A stretch of 64,000 nt of DNA from the human T2T-CHM13v2.0 reference genome, Homo sapiens: assembly GCF_009914755.1 (NCBI RefSeq), contig NC_060947.1, one strand, 5' to 3'. The notes below the pieces were generated by a model. The model saw only the letters and a list, made by a program, of their open reading frames with translations. It was not told the origin of the DNA and made no database searches. A program made the translations under genes and the position numbers. How positions within the stretch are numbered: position 1 is the stretch's first letter; each line of letters begins with the position of its first letter. Shown one piece after another: positions 34,523 to 55,102 of this stretch.

Positions 34523-36572
34523 CTCTCCCTCTCCCTCTCCCTCTCCCTCTCTCTCTCCCTCTCCCTCTCTCTCTCCCTCTCCCTCTCTCTCTCCCTCTCC
34601 CTCTCTCTCTCCCTCTCCCTCTCCCCACGGTCTCCCTCTCCCTCTCTTTCCACGGTCTCCCTCTGATGCCGAGCCGAAGCTGGACTGTACTGCTGCCAAC
34701 TCGGCTCACTGCAACCTCCCTGCCTGATTCTCCTGCCTTAGCCTGCCGAGTGCCTGCGATTGCAGGCGCGCGCCGCCACGCCTGACTGGTTTTCGTATTT
34801 TTTTGGTGGAGACGGGGTTTCGCTGTGTTGGCCGGGCTGGTCTCCAGCTCCTAACCGCGAGTGATCCGCCAGCCTCGGCCTCCCGAGGTGCCGGGATTGC
34901 AGATGGAGTCTGGTTCACTCAGTGCTCAATGGTGCCCAGGCTGGAGTGCAGTGGCGTGATCTCGGCTCGCTACAACCTCCACCTCCCAGCCGCCTGCCTT
35001 GGCCTCCCAAAGTGCCGAGAGTGCAGCCTCTGCCCGGCCGCCACCCCGTCTGGGAAGTGAGGAGCGTCTCTGCCTGGCTGCCCATCGTCTGGGACGTGAG
35101 GAGCCCCTCTGCCTGGCTTGCCCAGTCTGGAAAGTGAGGAGCATCTCTGCCCCGCCGCCATCCCATCTAGGAAGTGAGGAGCGTCTCTGCCTGGCCGCCC
35201 ATCGTCTGAGATGTGGGGAGCGCCTCTGCCCCGCCGCCCCGTCTGGGAGGTGAGGAGCGTCTCTGCCCAGCCGCCCCGTCTGAGAAGTGAGGAGACCCTC
35301 CGCCCGGCAACCGCCCCGTCTGAGAAGTGAGGAGCCCCTCCGCCCGGCAGCCGCCCCGTCTGAGAAGTGAGGAGCCCCTCCGCCCGGCAGCCACCCCATC
35401 TGGGAAGTGAGGAGCGTCTCCGCCCGGCAGCCACCCCGTCCGGGAAGGAGGTGGGGGTCAGCCCCCCGCCCGGCCAGCCGCCCCGTCCGGGAGGTGAGGG
35501 GCGCCTCTGCCCAGCCGCCCCTACTGGGAAGTGAGGAGCCCCTCTGCCCGGCCAGCCGCCCCGTCCGGGAGGGAGGTGGGGGGGTCAGACCCCCGCCCGG
35601 CCAGCCGCCCCGTCCGGGAGGGAGGTGGGGGGGTCAGCTCCCCGCCCGGCCAGCCACCCCGTCCGGGAGGGAGGTGGGGGGGGGTCAACCCCCCGCCCGG
35701 CCAGCCGCCCCGTCTGGAAGCTGAGGGGCGCCTCTGCCTGGCCGCCCCTACTGGGAAGTGAGGAGCCCCTCTGCCTGGCCAGCCGCCCCGTCCGGGAGGG
35801 AGGTGGGGGGGTCAGCCCCCCGCCCGGCCAGCCGCCCCATCCGGGAGGTGAGGGGCGCCTCTGCCTGGCCGCCCCTACTGGGAAGTGAGGAGCCCCTCTG
35901 CCTGGCCAGCCGCCCCGTCCGGGAGGGAGGTGGGGGGGTCAGCCCCCCGCCTGGCCAGCTGCCCCGTCTGGGAGGTGAGGGGCGCCTCTGCCCGGCCGCC
36001 CCTACTGGGAAGTGAGGAGCCCCTCTGCCCGGCCACCACCCCGTCTGGGAGGTGTACCCAACAGCTCATTGAGAACAGGCCATGATGACAATGGCGGTTT
36101 TGTGGAATGGAAAGGGGGGAAAGGTGGGGAAAAGATTGAGAAATCGGATGGTTGCCGTGTCTGTGTAGAAAGAAGTAGACATGGGAGACTTTTCATTTTG
36201 TTCTGTACTAAGAAAAATTCTTCTGCCTTGGGATCCTCTTGATCTGTGACCTTACCCCCAACCCTGTGCTCTCTGAAACATGTGCTGTGTCCACTCAGGG
36301 TTAAATGGATTAAGGGCGGTGCAAGATGTGCTTTGTTAAACAGATGCTTGAAGGCAGCATGCTCGTTAAGAGTCATCACCACTCCCTAATCTCAAGTACC
36401 CAGGGACACAAACACTGCGGAAGGCCGCAGGGTCCTCTGCCTAGGAAAACCAGAGACCTTTGTTCACTTGTTTATCTGCTGACCTTCCCTCCACTATTGT
36501 CCTGTGACCCTGCCAAATCCCCCTCTGCGAGAAACACCCAAGAATGATCAATTAAAAAAAAAAAAAAAAAAA
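34523..36572 (+). mobile_element. Full-length SVA retrotransposon (D-F-like), antisense to CASK
   Basis: Hexamer head 34523-34622, Alu-like domain about 34680-35020, GC-rich VNTR about 35020-36050, SINE-R about 36050-36550, then poly(A); perfect 17-bp TSD AGAATTCAAGAAAGCAG at 34506-34522 and 36573-36589. Confidence 0.97.
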
Positions 36573-36894
36573 AGAATTCAAGAAAGCAGAATGCAAAACT
36601 AAATAAACTGTATATTCCCAGTTACGATAAAAAACCAAACAAAACATATATGCAAACTCCGGAAAAACAAAAAACAGAATGAAACACAGCAAAAGTGTTA
36701 CAGTTGTTATCTTTACTGTCCTATTTCTATTTCATTCTGTTCTTATCCATACTTTCCAAGTTTTTCTACAATAGCAAAACAAAACAAAATGCTATATAAG
36801 CTACTGATTTTTGTAGCTCTATTTAATTATGTTAAAGATTTGGGTCTTAAGCCACATACTGTGTGGCTGTCCACGTGGAAATTACTGTAGCTAT

Positions 36895-37440
36895 TTTTTA
36901 AAATTTGACTTTTTATTTTGAGATAATTGTAGATTCACATGCAGTTGTAAAAGAAAATAACATAAAGGTCTCATGTGCCCTTTACCCAGTTTCCTCCAAT
37001 AGTAACATCTTGCAAAACTGTAGTACAATATCACAACCTGGATATTGACATTGATACAGTCGAGCTATAAAACATTCCATTACCACAAGGATCCCTCATA
37101 CTGCCTTTTTATAGCCATGCTCATTCCCCTCCTACCCTATCCCCTCCTAACCTGTGGCAACTACTCATCTGTTCTCCATTTCTACAATTTTGTCATTTTG
37201 ATAATAAATGAGGCTCCTATTCTGGGCATACTGCCTATGGGGTAGCCCTGGTCTGCAAGGAGGAGTCCCTCTAAAAATTAAAAAATAAAATAAAATAAAA
37301 TAAAAAGAATAAATGAAATCATACAGTATGTAACCTTTTGGGACTGCATTTTTTCACTTAGCATAATTATCTGGGGCTTCATCCAGGTTGTTGTGTGGAT
37401 GTACCAGTTTGTTTGACCATTCGTCTGTTGAAGGAACTAT
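36895..37440 (-). mobile_element. L1MC-like 3' end fragment (similar copy at about 44760-44965)
   Basis: gagataattgtagattcacatgca ... tttacccagtttcc ... attgacattgataca. Confidence 0.65.
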
Positions 37441-37446
37441 GGATAA

Positions 37447-39832
<2,386 letters not shown>

Positions 39833-41227
39833 CCAAAATCTTTATTGAATATTCCTGCTTTTTGCTAGGTACTAGGCAAGGGCTTCAGAGAAATCAGAGA
39901 TATGATCACCGGCCCTGAGGAAGGGGCTCTCAGACTGGTGTGTGAAGTAGGCATATTATACCCTGAAGTAAACGGTATAGAAGAGGTAAAAACAAACTGA
40001 CACACAGGCTGCCTAGGGAGGAGTTGGGGAGCCGCAGAGAGGTGGATGAGCAGGAATTCACCACCCCCACACAGGATCAAAGCTGTGTTGACAGGACCAG
40101 CAGATACTTTGCTGGAAAGCACAAAGGCATCTGTTAGCAGGCATTTAAAGTAGGCAAGAGCCACAATTCCAACAGGTCTATTAAACCTCCTTGGATCTGT
40201 CACCTCTTCTGAACTGATTTATAGTCTTATCTTGTACCCAAATATGATTAACTTGATGGGTTCTCAATCATGAAAAGAAGCACTTCCCTAGTTGTACTCA
40301 AGTTGTCTATTTCAAGCTCTGAAAAGTGCCCCTATTTTTAAGTTTCTGTAATTAGGTAGAAAAATTAGAGTTTTTATTCCATTTCTCCTTCATCTTTTCA
40401 AATGGAATAAATACATATTTTTGGCTTAACCTCAAAATCTGTCTTCACCCTTGATTATTTTAACACCTTCCATTAACACCTGTTCTAGTTCCGTTATTTC
40501 TTTCTTTGGGTATGACAAACAGAACCACAGAACACATTCTTGGTTGGATAGATGTGTGTATAATTGATATCTGTAGTTCAGTACCAACCATCTAAAAATC
40601 CCATGGTGTTTCAATTCATTATAAGATATAAATAGACACAAAGACACTTCTCGGGCTTCTCCATTGCTATTTGTTTTAGATTTTAAACCCCGAGGCAGTA
40701 GTGATTATTAATATAACACATGCAGCACATGCTAATTAAGATGTTACTAGTTTTCATTTTGAAGATCAATACTGTCACATATAAAATAACTATTTTTCTC
40801 AAAGACTAAAAAGGCTGTTTTTCCTATAAAACCTCTGAATAAACTTGTAACTATCTTGAAAACAAAATCAATCAATAAAAAGTACACAAGTTCACCTCAG
40901 AGGGCAGTTGATTTAACGGCAGGACTGTAGGTATCCTATTTACCTCTGTATTCTGGGGTGTACTTTGCAGAGTCCTTTGTACCAAGACACTTCATAAAAT
41001 GGCCTGATTAAAATGATTTTTTTCTGAGTAAATTCTGAAGAATTGAAAACAAAGTATGAGAAAGACTTAACCACAGAAAACAATTTCTTTTATAGTACTG
41101 TTTCCTTAAAGCCACATTTGAAATTATTTTAATACTTATATTTGTATTAACAGCTTATAATTTCCAAAGTGCTTTTATACTTACTACCTTATGTGATTCC
41201 ACAATAACCCTGTCTCTGCAGGCAAGT

Positions 41228-42358
<1,131 letters not shown>

Positions 42359-43047
42359 TGCACATTTTAACTTTGAATACTTCTACTTTTTCAAATAATC
42401 TCACCAGTACAAACAAGTTTTTCAAAAGTTTTCTGCTACTATTATGAAATAATAGTCAAAAAAAGCATAAATATGTCAACTGTTTAAAAAATGTTTCTAT
42501 TTCTTTAAAGAGAAATATGCTTTTAAGGTCAATAAAAGCTTTGAGTCTAGAATAATCTCATTACGAGAGTGGAAGTCTCATAAAAAGGTTGACCAAGTAA
42601 AAATAAACCAAAAGGAGGACAGAAAAATAAACAGTCAAATGTTTAGACTAAAAAGTTCTCAGTGTTAAAGTAGGCTGAGTATGTCTTAAAAGTTTTTCCC
42701 CTTACATTTTACTACGAAAAGCTTCAAACATACAGAAAGTTTGAAAGAATCGTGCCCACCACCTAGATCCTACATATGTTGACAGTTTGCTGTATTTGCT
42801 TTATCACATGTCTACCCATCTATCCATCAGTTCACGTATTTTTCATTCATTTCAAATTAAATGGCAGTGGCCAGCATTAGTACACTTCACCCTTAAAGAC
42901 TTCAGCAAAGATTGCAATGCTTATTTTTCTCTCTGAGGTAAAATTTACATAGAATGAAATACACAAATCTTAAGTGTACCATTCAATGAGTTTTGATATA
43001 CCCAAGTTTTCACTGTAATTGTTTCAATAAAGATTTGTGTATTTCTT

Positions 43048-43262
43048 TTTTTTTTAAATAGTACAAACTTTATTCATAAATAAAACTTCATAAAGATAAA
43101 AGCAGGGACATTTCCTGTTTTTAAAAGGGAATAGTGGAAGGCAGTATGCCATCTTATTTAAAATCACAAGTTAGGTTTTTCAGATGGATGACAGTTGAGA
43201 TCATTAAATCCCATTCCTGCTTCTCAGATTTTCACAAAATAACACATTAAATTCTCAATGTG
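43048..43262 (-). pseudogene. Short retroposed insert with no recognisable repeat sequence (5'-truncated mRNA 3' end or orphan transduction)
   Basis: 12-bp TSD TGTGTATTTCTT at 43036-43047 and 43263-43274; T-run; minus-strand AATAAA at 43069-43074; TCTT/AA L1 endonuclease site. Confidence 0.75.
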
Positions 43263-44113
43263 TGTGTATTTCTTAATTTACAATGTATAGCTATGAAACT
43301 CAGCATCACTGAGCAAATCTAGAATCTGAACCTAGCCTAGCTTCTTCTAAGAGTAATCAATACCTTTTCTATTATATTAGCGATCAATTAATACATTGTA
43401 TTACTACACACACACATTATCACCTACTCAATCAAAGCCCCTCCTTGCAAGCACAATACTTTTTAAAAAAAATCTGCTTACTAAGGTATACTGTTTTAAG
43501 TTAAAAGTCGCCATTTAAGTGTACACTGTCATCACTTCAAAAAAGTTCTCTCTTGTCCCTTTGCAGCCAATCTCTTCCCTCTATCACCACACCCTGTTCA
43601 ACACTTTTTATTCCCACTGCACAAAGCAAATTCTTTGTTATCAATCAAGTTATAAGCAATAATGAATCCTGTAATGGAAACTGTATTTTGGACATAAGCA
43701 TCTGTGCCATATCCAACTCAAGTTATGAGAACTTACATATGGTGATACATGCTTTAGATTCTCCATATGTGGATTATGGTACAGATACCTTGAAATTTAT
43801 TAAAGGAAGTAAACTCTGCATATGTATTCTGTCAGCGTATAGATGTTATAATCTCTAATGCCATTATGATTATTAAAATAGTTTATGCTTCCATATAGAA
43901 ACATCTTCGAGCACAGATTTTTCAAAGTACTTTAATAACATTCTGCTATTAAGTACCCACTCGTGTAAAGCTTTACAACTAAGGAAAATCACTACTGATA
44001 CATCCAAGATGCCCATTCTCAAATAACATGACAGGTTGGCTGATTTAAAAAAAAAAAAAAGAGGAGCGCTAAATCTAGACGGGAAGAATCTTACATTTTA
44101 ATAGTTATTAATT

Positions 44114-44630
44114 TGTACGTGGTGGGCAGCCTCTAAGATGGGCCCCAGTAACCTGGTCTCCTGGTATTTCCAGCCTTGTGTAATCAGTCCCCTCCCCTGG
44201 AGTGCAGGCTGGACTTACTGACTCATTTCTAATGAACAGAATAGTGCAGAAGTGATAAGACGTCACTATGAGATTAGGCTGTAAAGACTGTGTCTTCAGT
44301 CTTGGGCACTGTCTCTCACTTTTGCCCCCCTCTTTTATCTTTCGTGCTGGGAAGTGAGCTGCCATGCTGTGAACAGCCAGCCCTGTGAAGAGGACCACAG
44401 CCAGTAAGGAACCGAAGCCTGGCAACAACCATGTGAGTGAGCTTGGAAGAGGATTCCTCCTGCAGTTGTGCCTTCCGGTGAGATAGCAGCACTGGACCAC
44501 AATCTCATGAGAGATCTTGAGCCAGAGGCACACAGCTAAGCCACGCCCAGATTCCTGACCCACAGGAACTGTGAGATGACAACTGCTGTTTTAAGGTAAT
44601 TCATTACCCAACAATAGGTAACTAATATAC
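44114..44630 (+). mobile_element. MLT1F-like solo LTR
   Basis: gtggtgggcagcctctaagatgg ... gctaagccacgcccagattcctgacccacag ... taactaatatac. Confidence 0.75.
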
Positions 44631-45477
44631 TATAAGATTTATATTAAATCAGCTGCAATTTGAGCTACAGATAACTAATGTAAGAAAATGTGAAAATGAA
44701 TTCAATCATTAGTACCCAGGCTTTCTCATTTATCTTTGAGGTAAAGGTTTATTTTTTTAATTAGAATTTTTATTGAGATAATTGTAGATTCACATGCACT
44801 TGTAAGAAATAATACAGAGAGATCCCTTGTATTCTTTGCTCAGTTCCCCCATTGGTAACATTTTACAAAACGATAGTATATTATCATAACCAGAATACTG
44901 ACATTGATACAATCCACCCATCTTATTCAGATTGCCTCAGTTTTACATGTACTCAACTGTGTGTACATTTCTTACATTTTAATTTTCTCCCAAACTCAAA
45001 TTATGCCCCTTTGTAATTAAAATCTAGCTATTACATTATTCCTTATAAATGTTCTATCTGATGGTAAAAGTTGTTAAGAGATATGATTTCAGAATTTATT
45101 TCACAGGTCCAAATAAACTGAAAATGGACTCAGTAACAGGAAGCAATAAAGACCACTTACAGGTGATGTAATTGTCAAAGAAAAATTCACTTACCCTGAA
45201 AGTTTTCTTGAAAGCAAACTCTAAAATAAATGTTACTCTTTCCCCAGAATTAATGTATTCGTATGTGAAATTCAGATGTGAAGTATTAAATGCCGTTGAA
45301 ATTTTAACACTGTCTTTTTTCCTCTTATGAAAGAAGTGAGAACTTAATATTGTTTGTGCAACAATGCCTCAAAAATCAATATATCCAAGTTTTAATTTTA
45401 TGACCAGGCAGTGTTAAAATTAATACTTAAACAACTACACACAAACAGCCAAGGAAAAAGTCAAGCTGATTACGAAC

Positions 45478-45483
45478 CATGCA
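45478..45483 (-). promoter_or_regulatory. UGCAUG (RBFOX) motif about 60 nt downstream of the microexon donor
   Basis: Plus-strand catgca reads TGCATG in CASK sense; the downstream position is typical of inclusion enhancers. Confidence 0.6.
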
Positions 45484-45540
45484 AAGCCAAACACTTTTGC
45501 ATAAAAGATACACCTTAAAGGAAAACAAAGGGATACCTAC

Positions 45541-45558
45541 TTTCTGCTGCTAGAAGTC
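45541..45558 (-). CDS. CASK: CASK 18-nt microexon (exon 11)
   Basis: ccttcctcctag|GACTTCTAGCAGCAGAAA|gtaggt; symmetric phase 1-1; inclusion gives SS-GLLAAER-AVSQ, skipping gives SS-G-AVSQ. Confidence 0.92.
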
Positions 45559-45569
45559 CTAGGAGGAAG

Positions 45570-45575
45570 GCAGCA
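45570..45575 (-). promoter_or_regulatory. Tandem UGC motifs just upstream of the microexon acceptor (SRRM3/4-type)
   Basis: Minus strand reads catatgctgccttcctcctag|exon; UGC starts at -17 and -14. Confidence 0.6.
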
Positions 45576-45804
45576 TATGGACAAACAACAAACAGTATGA
45601 TTTTAGAACAAGCAGGTTATCAAGCCACAGTTCGGCCCACTACATGAGCCACCAGAAGCATGGTCCCCCAGCTGACCCCAAAGTGAGCCCTCATGTTCCA
45701 TGAGTACAATCACTGGAACTGTTTGGGATTTCAGACATCAAACGTTGGGTTCTGATTCTGAATTACTTGATTTGAAATATGAGAAAAGAATATTTCAACA
45801 TTGA

Positions 45805-49028
<3,224 letters not shown>

Positions 49029-49457
49029 GTGTTATAGATTTTTATACAGAAAGAAGAACTTGGTAACTGTTTCAGGAGATAACTCACAAGACAGCTCTAC
49101 ACTGAAAGATTCCATTCAAAGCAGTGCTGCCCACAGTCTGATCTAATACGACTGACCTGGGGAAAAGCTTATATTAGAAGTTTTTGTTGAGAGAGAAGGT
49201 AATCAGAAAGATCCCAAAAGACTGACTAGGATGTTGGATTGGATGGAGTGCAATGCTGGGTCTAGAGTGTGGAAAGGGGAAGAAGTATTACTGAGGTGAA
49301 AAGAAAAAAAAATGAAGTGTTGGTTTTGGAGCCACAGGAGAAAGCAACTTTGGTATTAAAATGAAAAGGAACAAGACACATGTAGACAGGATTTGGTTGC
49401 TGACAAACTTCCTTAGAATCCGTTGGAGGATTTAACTAAATGCACAGGAAAAGTTTA

Positions 49458-49628
<171 letters not shown>

Positions 49629-50645
49629 CTAAAACAAAGAGATGAAAAAATAGATTATTAAAACAAATACACAAATATAAATAAGTTATTTAACAAATTA
49701 TTTATCTTAAGGATTATCCATTAAGTCAAATATATAGGAGATGATGGCTAGAAGAGAGGTAGTTTTTAAATTATTTCAGATTCCTTGAAATAAATTACAT
49801 ATGCATATACCAGAATAACACTAATCGGGAATTGTAGAAGTATATGAAACCACTTACATCTTGAATTCAAACATGTAACACAGGATGGAATATTCTGCAG
49901 TTATTATAAAATGATGTTGTAGAAGGGTGTTTAGTGGAATGAAAAGATGTCTGTGATTAATTACATGAAAAAGGTTTAAAATCAATGTATATTATAATCT
50001 CATTTTTGGGTAAAAAAGTTAATATGGATATAAAAGACTGCATATACACCAGAATGTTATTAATTATCTCTGGGTGGTAGGATTATGTGTCATTTTTCTT
50101 TTTAAAATCTTTTTTCCCTCTTTTTGTTTTAACAATGACAATGTCTTACTTTTGTATAGTAATTCTCCATCAGGCCACACAACAGAATCAACTACATATG
50201 ACTCTTTTAAGCTATATGCATAGCCTCCCCTTATTCCTAGTTGGAAATCACTGCCATTTGAGTGCATGACATCCCTTAGGACTGTAGAGTGGAAAAATGT
50301 TGGGAGTTACTGCTTCAGTAAATCATATTTATTTTATTTTTTATTTAAACAGCTTTAGGGGTACAAGTGGTTTTTGGTTACATGGATAAATGGTACAGTA
50401 GTGAAGTGTGGGCTTTTAGTGAATCTGTCTTCTGAGTAGTGTACAGTGTACCCAACAGGTGATTTTCTATCCCTTGCCCCTCCACCCTCCCCTATTCTGA
50501 GTCTCTAGTGTCCATTATACTACTCTGCATGCCTCTGTGTACCCATAGCTTAGTTCCCACTTATAAGGGAGAACATGTGGTATTTGGGAGTAAATCATTT
50601 AACCTCTCTAGGCTTTCTTATCTGTAAAGTAAGAATATGAAAACG

Positions 50646-52203
<1,558 letters not shown>

Positions 52204-52499
52204 TAATATTTAGTTGTCTGAACCCAGTGACTATAGATGGTTTAAATATTCAATGCAAGCCATTATGTAAAACAGCAACATCATTCTGAAATAGGTCACG
52301 GATTCATATAATTTTATTAGTTTGAGAATCAACCTTAGAGATTATTCATTCTAAGGGACTCATTTTGCAGACGAGAAAACTGAGGTCCAGAGAGGCTTAG
52401 CAACCTGTTAAGGTCTCTGTCAACTTAGAGACATAATGAAGAGTAGACATAATTGACATTCAATGACTACTCTCCCCAGTTCAAGGATTTCTACTATAC

Positions 52500-52724
52500 T
52501 AGGGGTCAGCAATTTTTTTTCTGTAAATAATCAGACAGTAAGTATTTTAGGCTCTAAAGGTCATATGATCTCTTTTGCAACTACTCAGTTCTACCACTGT
52601 AGTGTGAAAGCAGCCATGGACAATATGCAAATTAATGTACTTTGCTATGTTCTAATAAAACTTTATATACAAGAATAGGCAGTGGGTTGGATTTGACCCC
52701 CAGGTCATAGTTTGCCAACCCCTG
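52500..52724. mobile_element. MER58A-like DNA transposon
   Basis: Termini taggggtcagcaa and ttgccaacccctg; internal MER58 motifs. Confidence 0.8.
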
Positions 52725-52790
52725 TATTACATTATTGCTACTGATTGCTAATAATGTAATATTGCTCATCGATAGCAATAATGTAATACA
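52723..52790. repeat. Perfect 18-bp inverted repeat with 32-nt spacer
   Basis: TGTATTACATTATTGCTA (52723-52740) and TAGCAATAATGTAATACA (52773-52790). Confidence 0.95.
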
Positions 52791-53381
52791 ACAATTAAAA
52801 AATCAGATTTTATACAAGTAGTTCTTCAAACTTTCTGGTTTATTAAACCCTTGACAAAGAAGTTTTCTACCTGCTTTAATTTAGAAGGTATAATTTAGTA
52901 TCTTTTAAGGGCGAAACATAATACTTTTGAGTTAATTAGACTATTCACAATCTGTTAAGATAAATAATATTAAAGTTGTAATTTTCTATCAAGCAAATTA
53001 ACCTAGAAAGGAGAAGGCAGATTATAAATTCAGAGAAAAAGAGCACCACAAGTTTTTAATTTGTAGTTAAGAACTAGAAATAATTCTTAATCATAATTAT
53101 AGTTTTCTTGAAATGTCAATATGTCAAACATCAAAATGGTATGCTTCTGGCTAGATGATTCTGTGTGGCATTTAAGGAAGTGGAAAACAAGAAAATGGTT
53201 AGGTCAGATTTCTGCTAAGTTTAACTACTGAATGCACTTAAGGAGGGAACAAAGTTATTGAGGAACACAAGAGCTGAACAAAGATGTATTGCTGACTTGA
53301 AGACAAAAACCAAAAACCGAATACTCCCTTTTTGGTATTTCCTGAGCTCAGAAACACGCATCATGAAGTTTGATAGGCACA

Positions 53382-53584
53382 ATGGCAGAAGGGTACATTT
53401 TTAAACCTTAAATACAAAATACACAAGTATTGGATATAAAATAATTGGTTTTGTACCTAAATAACAAGGCAATACACAGTCATGGCAGGAGGGTACATTT
53501 TAAAACATCTAAATACAAAATATACAAGTATCAGATATAGAATAATTGGCTTTGTACCTAAATAACAAGGTAATATATAGTCAT
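53382..53584. repeat. Diverged tandem duplication of about 100 bp
   Basis: Units start ATGGCAG at 53382 and 53482; about 12 differences counted by eye. Confidence 0.93.
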
Positions 53585-54412
53585 ATTCCTGAGTGAACAG
53601 GGAAATATACTGAGGGGAGAAAGTGTATCACCAGAACATACCAATAGGAGTGTGACAAAGAAATTTGAAAGATAATCATCCTATTAGAATTCAGACGACT
53701 GAACTCAAAAGCCCTAAAAAGGGTGGAGAATTTGGAGAGGTTGAGGCTGAACAGAGATGACCAAAAGTCAAGAAAATCATTTCAAGGTAGAGATGTTAAA
53801 GAATTTGGGTTGATTATACTTAATAATTAGGTCCTAGATGATAATTAGGTGAGATGATTAATTAAATCAGAACTTTTGATATGTCTCCATATAGCCAAAA
53901 CCAGAGTTATCATTCAGTTTAGTCAGCATAGCCTATACATATATAATACTCAAACATAACCTAAACATAGGTCTAAAACCTTTAATTTCATAATTTTCAG
54001 TCAGGATATATGACTAAAAGAGGCTGCAGTATTTTCTCTAGAGAAAATGAAAAATGAGACTTGTAAGTGTACTAGATATAGTTATATTTAAGAGTAATTG
54101 CACAGAATAGATATCTTAGAAATTCTTTTGGGTCTATGTAAAAGTATTTTATAGAGATGGTCTTAAATGTACATAATTTTCAAAATCTATTGCCCAACAG
54201 GAAGTAATATATTCTACATTTCAGAATCATAAACTGGTGGGACATGGTGGCTCACACTTGTAATCCCAGCACTTTGGGAGGCCAAGGTGGGAGGATTGCT
54301 TCAGTCCAGGAGTTTGAGACCAGCCTGGGCAACAGAGTGAGACCCTGTCTCAATTAAAAAAGAAAAAACAACATATATCTATATATGTATTTCTTTTCTT
54401 TTTTTGTTTTGA

Positions 54413-54738
<326 letters not shown>

Positions 54739-54754
54739 TAAAATCAATATGTAA

Positions 54755-55102
<348 letters not shown>

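Noticed and set aside
35020-36050. Regular GC-rich repeat units that superficially resemble a CRISPR array
   Set aside because: This is the SVA VNTR: no unique spacers, no cas genes, primate intron context
34497-36547. Dense overlapping ORFs up to 157 aa, including GRGRER repeats
   Set aside because: They are translations of the SVA hexamer, GC-rich VNTR and SINE-R, which are naturally poor in stop codons
44108-44563. 151-aa minus-strand ORF
   Set aside because: Lies within an MLT1 LTR and resembles no protein I recognise
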